Assembly (NCBI GenBank): GCA_964372275.1
Contig: CAYJRR010000033.1
Coordinates: 1 to 37,405 of the forward strand
Length of the DNA stretch: 37,405 nucleotides
DNA from: an uncultured bacterium
GTDB lineage: Bacteria; CAYJRR01
Reading direction: 5' to 3'
This document shows, in pieces, positions 37,242 to 37,405 of the stretch (positions within the stretch are counted from its first letter, which is position 1; every line of letters starts with the position of its first letter). The position numbers and the translations under genes are program-made. Under the pieces are notes generated by a model. It searched no databases. It had not been told where the DNA came from and was given only the letters and a program-made list of their open reading frames with translations.

Positions 37242-37259
37242 TGTCGGTGACTGCCTACA
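37242..37259. promoter_or_regulatory. Candidate enhancer (UAS) palindrome, weaker copy
   Basis: TGTCGGTGACTGCCTACA: TGT-N12-ACA with TGTCGG/CCTACA arms. Confidence 0.35.
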
Positions 37260-37281
37260 GCCGGGGAAGCGATTCCCCGGC
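37260..37281. repeat. 9-bp hairpin with GCGA tetraloop
   Basis: GCCGGGGAA-GCGA-TTCCCCGGC; no U-tract. Confidence 0.6.
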
Positions 37282-37291
37282 CGCTAGCAGT

Positions 37292-37339
37292 CTGCTGGAC
37301 AACCCCGGGGCGATGCATCGCCCCGGGGTTGTCCAGCAG
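37292..37339. repeat. Perfect 48-bp spacerless palindrome, possibly a MITE-like remnant
   Basis: CTGCTGGACAACCCCGGGGCGATG|CATCGCCCCGGGGTTGTCCAGCAG, preceded by CTAGCAGT. Confidence 0.9.
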
Positions 37340-37405
37340 CCTTGTGCAATGTCCACCGGCGCCCGCGCGGCAGGTGGTCGAATCTGCGACAACGCTGGAG
37401 ACGCT

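Noticed and set aside
1-37405. CRISPR array, tRNA, rRNA, transposase, integrase or reverse transcriptase
   Set aside because: No regularly spaced repeats or recognisable motifs were seen by eye.

Overview
High-GC bacterial DNA, most likely Myxococcota or a related deltaproteobacterium (MYXO-CTERM tail, FHA-sigma54 activator, CHASE2-Ser/Thr kinase). The left part (1-25.3 kb) is mostly housekeeping and envelope genes: class III aminotransferase, HAD hydrolase, DEAD/DEAH helicase, YfhO-like membrane protein, comEA, a cobalamin riboswitch-controlled uptake operon (btuB, BtuG-like propeller lipoprotein, btuF, btuC, btuD), two BNR-repeat proteins, rlmI-like methyltransferase and glk. Directly after btuD is an unexplained 117-nt rod-like hairpin. 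It is followed by three coupled lipoprotein genes: a His-motif protein, a His/Cys-rich beta-propeller and a TsdA-like diheme cytochrome. The right part (about 25.3-37.4 kb) looks less GC-rich and accessory. It encodes exported effector-like proteins: a pore-former-like helical protein, a DUF4781 protein with an ADP-ribosyltransferase-like tip, a Flp/Tad pilin fused to a C39-like peptidase, and a papain-fold hydrolase with a coupled partner. Four of the right-hand genes have sigma54-type promoters. Three of these share an 18-bp palindromic upstream element in helical phase, two share a C-terminal tail, and all lie around a divergent CHASE2-kinase / FHA-sigma54-activator pair. This candidate regulated effector island is the best case for an undescribed system. 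All family calls come from reading motifs by eye; no searches were run.
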